DNA of 64,000 nucleotides from Candidatus Moraniibacteriota bacterium (GTDB lineage: Bacteria; Patescibacteriota; Minisyncoccia; Moranbacterales; UBA2206), in contig JBAQNM010000013.1 in assembly GCA_049303795.1 (NCBI GenBank), positions 2,784 to 66,783 of the forward strand. Reading direction: 5' to 3'. Shown here piece after piece: positions 54,609 to 64,000 of the stretch. Under the pieces are notes generated by a model. The model was not told the origin of the DNA and did not search any database. It saw nothing but the letters and a program-made list of their open reading frames with translations. The first letter of the stretch is position 1. Every line of letters begins with the position of its first letter. The translations under genes were made by a program, and so were the position numbers.

Positions 54609-55487
54609 TTATTCGTTCGTAGTAGTAGGAAATGCAGCATGGAGTTCAGCTTTGGCATCTTCGACGGTTTTTTTGAAGGTTTCAATGATAGCTTTTACTT
54701 CATTTTTCTTAGCATTTCTTAGCGCTTCTATTTCGTTGCGAAATTCTTCGGTTTTTCTTTCTCTATTTTGAAACGTATCACGTGCTTGTTTAATTTGGGT
54801 TTTGTAATATTCACGGATTTCTTTGACATCTTTGCCAGCAGCGCAATCAGATTTAACTTGATTTGCGATAGAAGTAATAGCATTTTTGTATTCAGCTATT
54901 TGTGCATCAATTTCTGATTTTCTTTCGTTATTTTTACTTTGAATGGTGGCATGAAGTTCAGTTATGATTTTATCAATTGCATCATTTTTTGTTTTCACCG
55001 CTGTTTGTACTATTTCGATAAATTTAGCCACGGCAGCTTTTTGTTCATCAGTTTGAGCTTTATTTTGGAGTTTTTCCCAATTAGTTGCTCTTTTTTCTTC
55101 CCAAGTAGATCTTCTTTCCGTTCTTTTTGTAGTTCTTTCTTGAAGACGTTGTTCAATATTGGCTTGAGTCTCAGTTCTTTTTTGGGTTAGTTTTTCAATT
55201 CTTTCGGTTAATCTACTTTGAATTTGTTCAATTTGATTTGTAATCATCGTACATGTTTTCTCTGTTTTTTGAGTTTGGATATCCTCTTTTTTAGCATCTC
55301 TTTGCGCCTCAATGTCTGCTCTTTTAGCATCACGATCAGCTTGAACTGAATCATCTCCGATTGCTGCTAGTGAAAAAGAAGGAAAAGCAAATGTCAAAAC
55401 AAGAAATGTAGCGAGTGATATTTTTGAAATTTTTTTATAATTCATTGTCGTTAAATAAATTGTTAATTTGATTAATATCGGTCTCAT
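54609..55487 (-). CDS. Secreted coiled-coil protein (Lys/Glu/Gln-rich); the true start may be the internal Met at 55443
   Basis: Signal peptide MNYKKISKISLATFLVLTFAFPSFSLAA; heptad-like charged repeats. Confidence 0.5.
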   Translation of the reverse strand: MRPILIKLTIYLTTMNYKKISKISLATFLVLTFAFPSFSLAAIGDDSVQADRDAKRADIEAQRDAKKEDIQTQKTEKTCTMITNQIEQIQSRLTERIEKLTQKRTETQANIEQRLQERTTKRTERRSTWEEKRATNWEKLQNKAQTDEQKAAVAKFIEIVQTAVKTKNDAIDKIITELHATIQSKNNERKSEIDAQIAEYKNAITSIANQVKSDCAAGKDVKEIREYYKTQIKQARDTFQNRERKTEEFRNEIEALRNAKKNEVKAIIETFKKTVEDAKAELHAAFPTTTNE

Positions 55488-56052
55488 CCGAAAGTGCCAA
55501 ATCGATGTCGGAAAATTCTGCGTTTAAATCGTCATCAGACATAATATCATTCAGTGTCGCATTTATAGCTGCATCTGTTTCTTTATCTCCAGTTGCAGTG
55601 GTAGTTGTGACAATTGCAGTTTCAGGTATTTTTTTGTCTTTAGTTGCTATTTTTTTGATTGAATTATCCGCGAGCTTTTCGTTTGTGTTTTTGGAAGAGT
55701 TGAAGATGGCAACTCCAATAACTAAAAACACGAAAATTGCAACAGCTGGTATTATTAGGTTTGTTTTTTTATTCATTATGATTAAATTATTAATTAAATT
55801 ATTTAGAGTTTCAAACATAGATAATCGACCGGTTTTCTTGTTTGACAACTCATTTTTCTCAAATATTTTTTCTAAAATTTTCTTTGGCGCACAAATTTTT
55901 TCTTTTTTTTCATGCAGTAAATTCATTAACTCTGCAATCTCTTGAATTTCCTCCTTCTCGCTAGGAAACATTGCAAAAACTTTTTCTAGTTTAACTCTGG
56001 ATTCTAATAGCTCAAAAGCTTTTTCTGTATTGGATTGTTTTTGATTAGTCAT
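55435..56052 (-). CDS. Anti-sigma-factor-like single-pass membrane protein
   Basis: Directly downstream of the ECF sigma gene with overlapping stop/start; one TM (IIPAVAIFVFLVIGVAIF). Confidence 0.4.
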   Translation of the reverse strand: MTNQKQSNTEKAFELLESRVKLEKVFAMFPSEKEEIQEIAELMNLLHEKKEKICAPKKILEKIFEKNELSNKKTGRLSMFETLNNLINNLIIMNKKTNLIIPAVAIFVFLVIGVAIFNSSKNTNEKLADNSIKKIATKDKKIPETAIVTTTTATGDKETDAAINATLNDIMSDDDLNAEFSDIDLALSDETDINQINNLFNDNEL

Positions 56053-56602
56053 AGTTTTTGATTATTTCTCGTAATTTTTTAATGGCTCGGTATTGAATCT
56101 GTCTGATCGCTTCTTCTGTTTTATTGAGTATGATAGAAATTTCTTTATTAGAGGCATCACTTATAAAACGAAGAGTTAATACTTCTTTTTGCTCATAAGT
56201 TAGATTTTCTAATGCTCTTTGTATTTTTTCCGAATCAGAGTTTTTTTCTAGTCTTTCTTGTGGGGTTTCTCGTTCGTCAATCAGAGAAGAAAAGGTTATT
56301 CCGGAAATATCCATCACAATTTCTTTTTTCTTTTTCCAATGATCAATAATGGTATTTCTGGCTATGGTAAAAAAATAATAAATCGGAGGAAAATTTTCAG
56401 AACCAGACTTTTCTTTTTGCTTAAGAGCTTTTAAGAAAACTGTTTGTGCGATATCTTCGGCCATTTCTTTATTTTTTGTTTGACAGATAATATAGCGAAA
56501 AAGGGGAGTGAAGTATTGATTATAAACATAATCAAACTCAGACTGATTGATTTTTTGCCCATTTGTGTTCATTTTTAACTTTGCTTTATATTTCCCTGTC
56601 AT
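56045..56602 (-). CDS. ECF-type sigma-70 family RNA polymerase sigma factor
   Basis: Region 2 (FTPLFRYIICQTKNKEMAEDIAQTVFLKALK) and region 4 HTH (LTYEQKEVLTLRFISDASNKEISIIL). Confidence 0.7.
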   Translation of the reverse strand: MTGKYKAKLKMNTNGQKINQSEFDYVYNQYFTPLFRYIICQTKNKEMAEDIAQTVFLKALKQKEKSGSENFPPIYYFFTIARNTIIDHWKKKKEIVMDISGITFSSLIDERETPQERLEKNSDSEKIQRALENLTYEQKEVLTLRFISDASNKEISIILNKTEEAIRQIQYRAIKKLREIIKNYD

Positions 56603-56789
56603 AAATAAAACGATTTAAAGTTGGTTTCATAACGCTTATTTTATTATACACCAAAAATCAATCAATAAATAATTAGATACTTTGAGAGATTAAGATATTT
56701 TGTCAAAAAAATAAAATAGCTTGTAAAATCTATATCTACCATACGGAGGTAGTGATTTTTATTAGGGCTAGCAGTACTTATAAATTAGC

Positions 56790-56818
56790 TTGACAAAGCT
56801 ATTATTCTAGTATATACT
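56790..56818 (+). promoter_or_regulatory. Sigma70-like promoter (TTGACA-17 nt-TATACT)
   Basis: Read directly; ~150 nt upstream of the DEAD-box helicase gene. Confidence 0.45.
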
Positions 56819-56968
56819 CAATAAACGTGACTGTAATCTCTTTGGTTTTACTTTTTTAAATACTTAATTTAAAAAACTTCAAAGTCTTCTGGCTTTATCT
56901 AAAACTTTCGAGACAATTCGCCATATTTTTTTTATTTCTAACGGCGAGAAAGTTATGTAGATAAACAT

Positions 56969-58180
56969 ATGCAAAAAAGACAATCAAGCAGGGGTGGTCA
57001 ACAAAGACCAGCTAGTAGGACTTCGAATTCTCGTGGAGGTGGTGGAAGGCGTTTTGCGCCAAGAAAAAAACATGGTGAGCAAATCAGCATGGCTCGTTTT
57101 ATTAATAAGGCAGTCATAACTGAAGAAGTGGAGCATTTTATTCCGGAGCATGCATTTTCGGATTTTGCGATTGATGCTCAATTGAAAAAGGCTGTTATTG
57201 AGCATGGATACGTTGATCCAACTCCAATTCAAGATCGTTCAATCCCACATATACTCAAAGGAGTTGATTTGGTTGGTGTTGCCAACACCGGAACAGGAAA
57301 AACGGCTGCTTTTCTTATCCCACTTATCCATAAGGTAAAGTTGAATAAAAACGAGCTAGTTTTAATTATTGTGCCAACACGAGAACTTGCGATTCAAATT
57401 GATCAAGAATTAAAAGCTTTTGTCAGAGGCATGCGTATATTTTCAGTTTGTTGCGTAGGCGGAATGAACATTGGACCACAAATCAATGGTCTTCGTCTTG
57501 AGCATAATTTTATTATTGGGACTCCAGGTAGATTGAAGGATTTAATCGAACGTCGAAGAATTAGCTTAGGACAAATCAACACCGTTGTTTTAGACGAAGC
57601 TGATCGAATGTTAGACATGGGCTTTATTAATGATATGCGTTATGTTATGTCGGGTATGCCAAAAACCAGGCAAACACTTTTCTTTTCAGCTACGATTTCA
57701 CCGGATATCGAAAGAATTATTAAGGAGTTTCTCAAAGATCCAGTTAAAATTTCTGTTAAAACGCGAGATACTGCTAAAAATGTTGATCAAGATGTTGTAA
57801 AGGTTGAAAGAGGAAAAGATAAACTTGATGTTCTACATGATCTTTTAAATCAAAAAGAATTGAGTAAAGTTTTGATTTTTGGACGCACTAAACATGGAGT
57901 GGAAAAGCTTTCAAGGTTACTTCTTGAAAGAGGCTTTAAGGCTGAATCTATCCATGGCAATAAAAACCATGCACAAAGACAAAGAGCGCTGGGATTGTTT
58001 AAAGATGATCGTGTTCAGATTCTCGTAGCAACCGATGTGGCAGCGCGTGGACTTGATATTGCTGACGTGTCTCATGTTATCAACTATGACCTTCCTGAAA
58101 CCTATGACGACTATGTACATCGTATTGGACGAACAGGAAGAGGCAGTAAGAAGGGGAAAGCGTTGACATTTGTAGAATAA
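56969..58180 (+). CDS. DEAD-box ATP-dependent RNA helicase with N-terminal Arg/Gly-rich extension
   Basis: Q-motif, AxTGTGKT, PTRELA, DEAD (VLDEAD), SAT, HRIGRTGR. Confidence 0.9.
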   Translation: MQKRQSSRGGQQRPASRTSNSRGGGGRRFAPRKKHGEQISMARFINKAVITEEVEHFIPEHAFSDFAIDAQLKKAVIEHGYVDPTPIQDRSIPHILKGVDLVGVANTGTGKTAAFLIPLIHKVKLNKNELVLIIVPTRELAIQIDQELKAFVRGMRIFSVCCVGGMNIGPQINGLRLEHNFIIGTPGRLKDLIERRRISLGQINTVVLDEADRMLDMGFINDMRYVMSGMPKTRQTLFFSATISPDIERIIKEFLKDPVKISVKTRDTAKNVDQDVVKVERGKDKLDVLHDLLNQKELSKVLIFGRTKHGVEKLSRLLLERGFKAESIHGNKNHAQRQRALGLFKDDRVQILVATDVAARGLDIADVSHVINYDLPETYDDYVHRIGRTGRGSKKGKALTFVE

Positions 58181-58193
58181 ACATATAAATAAA

Positions 58194-58222
58194 GAAGACT
58201 GCTGTAAGGCAGTCTTTTTTTT
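58194..58222 (+). terminator. Intrinsic terminator
   Basis: GACTGC-TGTAAG-GCAGTC followed by T8. Confidence 0.6.
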
Positions 58223-58282
58223 GTGATAAGTTCTGTGCTATATTTAAAACAATAAGAATTAAAATAAATAAAATTAAGTTAT

Positions 58283-58912
58283 ATGAAAAAGACATCGAAT
58301 TTTTTGTACTGGCTATTAGGTATATATGGAGTCGAATTTTTAATATTTTCGTTTAATCCAATTGATCGTGCGACTTGGTTTGTTGAGAATCTTACAGTTT
58401 GGATTATTCTAGTGTTTATTATTGGACTTTATGTTAGGGGAGTTCGTTTTTCAAAGGTAGCTTATGTTTTTGCCTTTGTGTTGATATATCTACACACCAT
58501 TGGAGGGCATTATACTTTTGCTTTAGTTCCATTTGATTGGGTGACAGATCTTTTTGGTTTTCACCGAAATCATTTTGACCGACTGGCGCATTTTTCAGTT
58601 GGCTTCTATGCATTTGCAATTACAGAATGGCTCTGGAGTAAAAAAATGATTACTAATAAATTCCTTCTTTTTACTTATCCAGTTTTTGCTATTGCAACAA
58701 TCGCCATGAGTTACGAGTTAATCGAGTGGATTTATGCGGCGCTGGCTAATCCTGAAGCGGGGATTGCTTATCTTGGAAGTCAGGGTGATATTTGGGATGC
58801 TCAAAAAGATATGCTAGCTGACACATTAGGAGCAGTTTTTGCAACAATGACTTTTTTCTTTATATATAGGAATAAAAATAAGGCCTCTTCTGGCAATGGA
58901 ATCGAGAAATAA
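58283..58912 (+). CDS. DUF2238 (YjdF-like) membrane protein
   Basis: HFSVGF, YELIEW and LGSQGDIWDAQKDM conserved blocks. Confidence 0.55.
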   Translation: MKKTSNFLYWLLGIYGVEFLIFSFNPIDRATWFVENLTVWIILVFIIGLYVRGVRFSKVAYVFAFVLIYLHTIGGHYTFALVPFDWVTDLFGFHRNHFDRLAHFSVGFYAFAITEWLWSKKMITNKFLLFTYPVFAIATIAMSYELIEWIYAALANPEAGIAYLGSQGDIWDAQKDMLADTLGAVFATMTFFFIYRNKNKASSGNGIEK

Positions 58913-59205
58913 ATATTATTAAAATCTATGGAAATAAAGAATAAACCAATATTTAAACTTGAGTTAAAGAAAAAAGTTTAAAATCATACTAAACCCTTTC
59001 TGATTTATTTTTATGGAAGTATTATTTTTTAGTAATATTTTTTTTATTTAATCTAGTTTTAATAAAGCGTATCTTTTTTTAATTTTTTTAATAAATATTT
59101 TTAAAAAATAAAACGAATTATTTTATTCTAATAGCTAATATTTAAAATTATTTTTTTATTTTCAAAAAAAATTTTAAAAAAAACAACTGTGGATAACTTT
59201 TTCTC

Positions 59206-59233
59206 TTGCATAAAAAAATAGATGTTGTATAAT
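59206..59233 (+). promoter_or_regulatory. Sigma70-like promoter (TTGCAT-16 nt-TATAAT)
   Basis: Read directly, within the AT-rich intergenic region. Confidence 0.4.
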
Positions 59234-59374
59234 TTAAGTGCAAGAATTATTTTATAAAATTTTATGAAATATTTTTTGAAAACAAAAGGTCGAAATAAAA
59301 ATATTAAAAAATATAAAAAGGAGAGTTTCAAATAAGAAACTCTAAAAATAAAATAGAAAGGATGGTGAAGTAAA

Positions 59375-59473
59375 ATGGCAACAAAGAAAAAAGTTGTAAA
59401 AAAAGCTGTTAAGAAGACTGTAAAAAAAGCTGCTCCAAAAAAGAAAGCTGCTGCAAAGAAAAAGAAAAAATAG
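59375..59473 (+). CDS. Lys/Ala-rich 32-aa peptide (histone H1 tail-like: MATKKKVVKKAVKKTVKKAAPKKKAAAKKKKK)
   Basis: RBS AAAGGATGGTGA; followed by a bidirectional terminator; not in the ORF track. Confidence 0.3.
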   Translation: MATKKKVVKKAVKKTVKKAAPKKKAAAKKKKK

Positions 59474-59549
59474 TCTTTTAACGAGACGAATTTTACTTGA
59501 GTATTTCATTCAAGTAGTTGGTATATACAAACGTCGTTATGTATAAAAC

Positions 59550-59580
59550 AAAAAACCGCTAACATGCGGTTTTTTGTTTT
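59550..59580. terminator. Bidirectional intrinsic terminator
   Basis: A6-CCGC-TAACAT-GCGG-T6GT4. Confidence 0.55.
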
Positions 59581-59600
59581 GTCTGTAGCTTAGTATTGGC

Positions 59601-60464
59601 TCATTTTTCCAGATTAATCGCGCAAATACGCCATTTTTTGGCTAAATCTTTTTTGAAACGTATCTGTGCCAAGGGTAATATTTTTTTAATTAAAATTTCA
59701 AGTGCATTTTTTTGTTCCGGACTAAACTCAATAAAAATAAATTTTATTTTATTGCGCAGGGGCGGTAGTTTTATTTGTTCAAATAATTTTTTATAGTGTG
59801 CTAATCCATTTTGTGAGCTGTAGAGTGCTGATTTTGGTTCATAGCTTTTTACATCCGGTTTTGTTGCTTGGTAAATTTCTTTTGAGAGATAAGGCAGGTT
59901 TGCAATAATAATGGCATTTGAAAATTTAGAGGAAGTTTTCTTTATAAGAGGCGATAGTAAATCTCCTTTGATAAATTTTATTTTTTTGTCTAGATTATAT
60001 TTTTTAGCATTGTGTCTTGCAATATTCAATGCTTCTTTTGAAATATCAATTCCAAAATAATTTATTTTTTCATTTCTTAATTTATGGGCTATTGAAATAA
60101 TAATATTTCCACTACCAGTTCCAATATCAATTATAGCGTTTATATTTTTTTGATTCACTGTATAATTCAAAGCTTCATCTATTAGTAGTTCTGTCTCTGG
60201 GCGAGGAATCAGTGTGTGCTTGTTAACTTTAAAAGTTAAATAATAGAAATCTTTTTCTCCTACGATATGCGCAATTGATTCATGTTTTTGTCTCCTATGA
60301 ATCATTTTCAGAGTGTTTATTTTTTGGTTGTGAGAAAAAGGAGTTTCTGGATATGTTAAAATATACTCCCTTGATTTTTTTAGAGCATGAGAAAGGATTA
60401 ATTCCAGATCAACTCGATCTATAAGGGATGAATAGCTGGTTAATAAGTCTTTAACGGAGGACAT
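59601..60464 (-). CDS. prmC: Release factor glutamine N5-methyltransferase
   Basis: IPRPETE, DIGTGSG and NLPY (NPPY variant) motifs; immediately downstream of prfA. Confidence 0.85.
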   Translation of the reverse strand: MSSVKDLLTSYSSLIDRVDLELILSHALKKSREYILTYPETPFSHNQKINTLKMIHRRQKHESIAHIVGEKDFYYLTFKVNKHTLIPRPETELLIDEALNYTVNQKNINAIIDIGTGSGNIIISIAHKLRNEKINYFGIDISKEALNIARHNAKKYNLDKKIKFIKGDLLSPLIKKTSSKFSNAIIIANLPYLSKEIYQATKPDVKSYEPKSALYSSQNGLAHYKKLFEQIKLPPLRNKIKFIFIEFSPEQKNALEILIKKILPLAQIRFKKDLAKKWRICAINLEK

Positions 60465-60466
60465 TT

Positions 60467-61531
60467 TTAGAGATTAGCTAGTTTTATTTTAATATCCTCT
60501 TCTTCCAAGGCGTTGATTATTGGTTCAAGATTTCCATCCAGAATACCTGGTAAATTGCTCCAATTTAATTTTACGCGGTGATCTGTGATGCGATCTTGGG
60601 GGAAATTGTAAGTTCTGATTTTTTCGCTGCGATCGCCAGTTCCGATTTGAGATTTTCTTTGACTATCTAATGCTTTAGTTCTTTTCTCTTCCTCTTCTTG
60701 CAAGAGTCGTGAACGCAAAACAGTCATAGCCTTCTCTTTGTTTTTAATTTGCGATTTCTCATCTTGGCAGGAAACAATCATTCCAGTTGGTAGATATGTG
60801 ATGCGGATGGCTGATTTTGTAGTGTTAACTGATTGACCGCCAGGCCCAGATGAACAAAAAGTATCTATACGAATATCCTTTTCTTCAATTTTAAAATCAA
60901 ATTCTTCCGCTTCAGGAAGTACGGCAACAGTTGCTGTTGATGTATGAACACGGCCGTTTTTTTCTGTTTCCGGAATGCGTTGAACACGATGGACTCCCGA
61001 TTCGTATTTCATTTTAGCATAAACATTAGAACCATTAATTTCAAAAACAGCTTCCTTGAAGCCACCAATGCCATTTTGGTTAGAGTTAAGAAGAGCTATG
61101 TGCCAGTGATTTTTTTCAGCGTAGCGGGAATACATGCGAAAAAGGTTGGCAGCAAATAATGCTGATTCGTCACCACCTGCTCCAGCGCGAATTTCAACAA
61201 TAACATTTTTTTTGTCATTAGGATTTTTAGGTAGCAGCATAGCTTCCAATTGCTTCTCTAGCTCAGCTTTTCTTTGAGATAGGGAAATATTTTCTTCCAT
61301 AGCCATTTGTTTCATTTCCTCGTCTATATCGGTATTGATTATCTCAGCATTTTCTTCCATGCTTTGCTCTGTTTTTTCCAGTTCTTCGATTTTATTCATT
61401 ATTTCGGTTAATTCTGCTTGTTTTTTTGATAAACTGGTCATTTTTTGCATGTCACGAACCACCTCAGGAGAACTTAGTTCCTGGGCGATACTTGCATATT
61501 CAGCTTTAATCTGTTCAATTTGATCTTTCAT
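60467..61531 (-). CDS. prfA: Peptide chain release factor 1
   Basis: GGQ motif ([10 protein letters not shown]); PxT-type tripeptide (PET); RF-1 domain layout. Confidence 0.9.
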   Translation of the reverse strand: MKDQIEQIKAEYASIAQELSSPEVVRDMQKMTSLSKKQAELTEIMNKIEELEKTEQSMEENAEIINTDIDEEMKQMAMEENISLSQRKAELEKQLEAMLLPKNPNDKKNVIVEIRAGAGGDESALFAANLFRMYSRYAEKNHWHIALLNSNQNGIGGFKEAVFEINGSNVYAKMKYESGVHRVQRIPETEKNGRVHTSTATVAVLPEAEEFDFKIEEKDIRIDTFCSSGPGGQSVNTTKSAIRITYLPTGMIVSCQDEKSQIKNKEKAMTVLRSRLLQEEEEKRTKALDSQRKSQIGTGDRSEKIRTYNFPQDRITDHRVKLNWSNLPGILDGNLEPIINALEEEDIKIKLANL

Positions 61532-61607
61532 AATTGTTTTATTACTCTTTGTATTGTATAATCAAATTATAGAATAAGCAATAAGCGAGAAGTGGAAAAT
61601 AAAAATC

Positions 61608-62318
61608 GTGTATAATGTTAAATTAGAAAAATTCGAAGGACCATTGGATTTGCTATTAGAATTGATTGAGAAGGAAAAATTGAGTATTACTGAGCTAAAT
61701 CTGGCTAAAGTTACAGATCAATATCTAGAGCATATTCGAGATAATAAAAATATCCACTTAGAGAATCTGGCTGATTTTTTGTCTGTTGCCGCTAAATTAA
61801 TTTTGATCAAATCGCGTGCACTTCTGCCAGTAATAAAGTTTAGCGACGATGAAGAAGAAGAAATAAGGGATTTATCAAGACAATTAGAGGAATATAAGAA
61901 GTTCAAAGAAATATCAATCAGAATTGGCAAGTTGGCAAGCGTGGGTCATATTTGCTACTCGAGACCATCTTTTTTTGGGATAAAATCAGTTTTTTATCCA
62001 CCAGAAAATATCAATGCAATGGATTTGAAGAAGTATTTTCAAAAAGTTTTAGTAGAAATACCATCGGCAGAAAAATTACAGGAAGAGATTGTGACTGAGG
62101 TGGTTACGCTAGAGGAAAGAATTAGTGATCTGGAAATTACTTTGAGAAACAAGATTGAAACTTGTTTTTCCGAAGTTATAAATAAAGCTAAAGACAAAAT
62201 TGATGTAATTATTTCTTTTTTGGCAATGCTAGAAATGGTTAAGCAGAGAATGATTCACGTTGAGCAAGCGGAATTGTTTCAGGAAATTAAATTGAGCATG
62301 CGTAGTAATAATGAATAA
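61608..62318 (+). CDS. scpA: Segregation and condensation protein A
   Basis: N-terminal FEGPLDLLLELIEKEKLSI... ScpA signature. Confidence 0.85.
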   Translation: MYNVKLEKFEGPLDLLLELIEKEKLSITELNLAKVTDQYLEHIRDNKNIHLENLADFLSVAAKLILIKSRALLPVIKFSDDEEEEIRDLSRQLEEYKKFKEISIRIGKLASVGHICYSRPSFFGIKSVFYPPENINAMDLKKYFQKVLVEIPSAEKLQEEIVTEVVTLEERISDLEITLRNKIETCFSEVINKAKDKIDVIISFLAMLEMVKQRMIHVEQAELFQEIKLSMRSNNE

Positions 62319-62326
62319 ACAAAAAT

Positions 62327-62899
62327 ATGGAATTGGAAAAAATAAAATCAATCATTGAAAGTCTGTTGTTTGCTAGCGGGGAGTCAATAAAAATCTCCAA
62401 ATTAGCTAAGATTTGTGGTGTGAATGAAGAGGACGTCGAAAACGCACTGGAGGCACTTATGGGTGATTATGCTAATGGTCGTGGATTATCTATGATTAGA
62501 ATTGGAGATTCTGTTCAATTAGTGACCAACTCTGTTAATGCTGGATTTGTTGCTGAGATGATGAAAAGTGAAATTCAAGAAAATTTAAGCCAAGCTTCGC
62601 TGGAGGTTTTATCTATTGTTGCTTATCGTGGTCCGATTTCTCGTGCTGAAATAGAAGCAATTAGGGGGGTAAATTGCAGTTTTACTTTGCGGGCATTGTC
62701 TATTCGCGGTTTAGTTGATAAGATTGAAAATGTAAAAGATAATCGACGCTATCTGTATAATATTTCTTTTGATTTCCTGAAAAAAATAGGTATGGAAAAG
62801 GTAGAAAAGCTTCCTGATTGGGAAACTTTAAGTAAAAGGCCTGAGAGTGAGGAAGTTATTGAAATTAAAAAAGCAGAACCAGTAGATACTCCAGTTTAA
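62327..62899 (+). CDS. scpB: Segregation and condensation protein B
   Basis: IESLLFASGESI and the tandem wHTH pattern of ScpB. Confidence 0.85.
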   Translation: MELEKIKSIIESLLFASGESIKISKLAKICGVNEEDVENALEALMGDYANGRGLSMIRIGDSVQLVTNSVNAGFVAEMMKSEIQENLSQASLEVLSIVAYRGPISRAEIEAIRGVNCSFTLRALSIRGLVDKIENVKDNRRYLYNISFDFLKKIGMEKVEKLPDWETLSKRPESEEVIEIKKAEPVDTPV

Positions 62900-62913
62900 T
62901 TTTTTATTGTTTT

Positions 62914-63945
62914 ATGTTTAGTATAATTTTAACTTTTATTTTTTTTCTGCTACTTCCAGGTTTTAACAAGGAAGATTTTAAACTTGCATTCGATAATTTA
63001 AAAAATGAAATAACCATTTCAGGTGAGCAGAAAGTATTAGGAGAGCAAGATGAGAAAAAACAAGTGGGAGAAAATGGAACAGAAAAAGAATACTCGCAAG
63101 ATATCGCAGTTAGTAATATCGGTTTGGTTCCAATAAGGAAAAAGGATTGTTCTGATCTTAAGGTCTGGGCTGGGGCATCTGTCTCAATTGATGTTTCCAG
63201 TGGAACGATTTTGCATTATGAAAATGGAAGAAAGCAAACTCAAATTGCATCACTTACTAAAATTATGACGGCGATTTTAGCAATGGAAAATATAAAGGAC
63301 TTCAATGAAGAAGTTACCATCCCTAAAGAAGCACTTCAAGTTTATGGTACCGTAGTTGGCTGCCCAACAAGTGTTTTTTGCAATGGTAATAGGTTGTTTG
63401 CTGGAGAGAAAGTTAGGGCAATTGATCTTTTAAAGGCAATGCTACTTAACAGTGCTAATGATGCGGCAACAGCATTGAGCATTCATATCGCCGGATCAGC
63501 TGATAATTTTGTTACAATGATGAATCAAAGAGCTAAAGATTTGGGTTTAATTGATACGCATTTTTGCACGCCTTCTGGCCTGGAGATTGATGGAAAAGAA
63601 AATGAATGCTACTCATCTGCCTATGATATTGCGAGAATTGGCGCTGAATCAATGAAATATGAATTAATTTGGGAAACAATGAAGATATCAGAGGGACAAT
63701 TTTTTTCCACTGATGGAAAAAGAATGCATCTCCTAAAAAATACAGATTTACTTTTAGGCAATATTTCAAATTGTTTGGGTGGAAAAACTGGATTTACACC
63801 TTTGGCGGGGAAGTCACTCCTTCTAGGTTCGACAGATTCAACAGGAAAGCATAAAATAATTTCTGTTCTATTGAATGATGAACAACGTTGGGATGATATG
63901 AAAACTTTGGTAAACTGGGTAAATTCCAGTTATGAGTGGAAATAA
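62914..63945 (+). CDS. D-alanyl-D-alanine carboxypeptidase (S11, PBP5/DacB-like)
   Basis: SxxK (ASLTK), SxN (SAN) and KTG (KTGFT) motifs; signal peptide. Confidence 0.85.
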   Translation: MFSIILTFIFFLLLPGFNKEDFKLAFDNLKNEITISGEQKVLGEQDEKKQVGENGTEKEYSQDIAVSNIGLVPIRKKDCSDLKVWAGASVSIDVSSGTILHYENGRKQTQIASLTKIMTAILAMENIKDFNEEVTIPKEALQVYGTVVGCPTSVFCNGNRLFAGEKVRAIDLLKAMLLNSANDAATALSIHIAGSADNFVTMMNQRAKDLGLIDTHFCTPSGLEIDGKENECYSSAYDIARIGAESMKYELIWETMKISEGQFFSTDGKRMHLLKNTDLLLGNISNCLGGKTGFTPLAGKSLLLGSTDSTGKHKIISVLLNDEQRWDDMKTLVNWVNSSYEWK

Positions 63946-63957
63946 TTAAAAATAATT

Positions 63958-64000
63958 ATGGATATTTCTCAAATTCAAACTATTCCGGAAGTTATAAATA
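63958..64000 (+). CDS. 5' end of a further ORF, truncated by the window
   Basis: ATG at 63958, open to the window end. Confidence 0.2.
   Translation, partial: MDISQIQTIPEVIN

Noticed and set aside
59188-59196. oriC call from the DnaA box
   Set aside because: Single box, no dnaA or dnaN nearby; kept only as a low-interest finding
1-64000. CRISPR array search
   Set aside because: No array of regularly spaced direct repeats seen anywhere despite the Cas4-like gene; the only short repeat clusters are at 23662-23770 and 47562-47624

Overview
Low-GC (~33%), densely coded bacterial window; gene content and style suggest a Candidate-Phyla-Radiation-like (Patescibacteria) genome, but that lineage assignment is an inference. 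ORF lengths under the standard code look normal and TGA is used as a stop (e.g. integrase end at 8158). The layout falls into four parts. (1) 1-8340: a phage-like module with radical SAM protein, Dam-like N6-adenine methyltransferase, ParB-like nuclease, small and large terminase subunits and a tyrosine integrase, followed by a nested inverted-repeat structure that may be an attachment site. (2) 8358-23618: a co-directional defence island closed by a second tyrosine integrase. It holds a PD-(D/E)xK-like nuclease, a LITAF-like zinc-ribbon membrane protein, a Pif1/RecD-like helicase and a Type I restriction-modification operon (hsdM-hsdS ... hsdR). The most notable feature is a two-gene CBASS-like cassette (cGAS/DncV-like nucleotidyltransferase plus a 2TM Cap15-like effector) inserted between hsdS and hsdR. 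After hsdR come a DUF45/YgjP metallohydrolase, a standalone Cas4-like nuclease, an HTH-S24 (LexA/CI-like) repressor with its own promoter and operator, and an AlbA_2/Schlafen-like protein. (3) 23620-32100: accessory region. It has a Fic protein with a non-canonical motif and an S51 peptidase, then a promoter-driven ~350-nt noncoding stretch with a GNRA hairpin (candidate ncRNA or leader) and three tandem small hydrophobic peptide ORFs. These are followed by a UvrD-like helicase, a cluster of small Cys-motif proteins, a Cys-rich membrane protein with a TPM-like domain, and LemA. (4) 32388-64000: mostly housekeeping genes: rmlCBD, P-type ATPase, EngB, GuaA, DEAD-box helicase, ECF sigma/anti-sigma pair, PrfA, PrmC, ScpAB and a D-Ala-D-Ala carboxypeptidase. 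Mixed in are many DUF-family proteins, a tandem CARDB protein, an operon of three hypothetical genes, and a ~55-nt promoter/leader cassette repeated in front of two unrelated genes. No rRNA, tRNA or CRISPR array was identified. All domain calls come from motif recognition by eye, with no database search.
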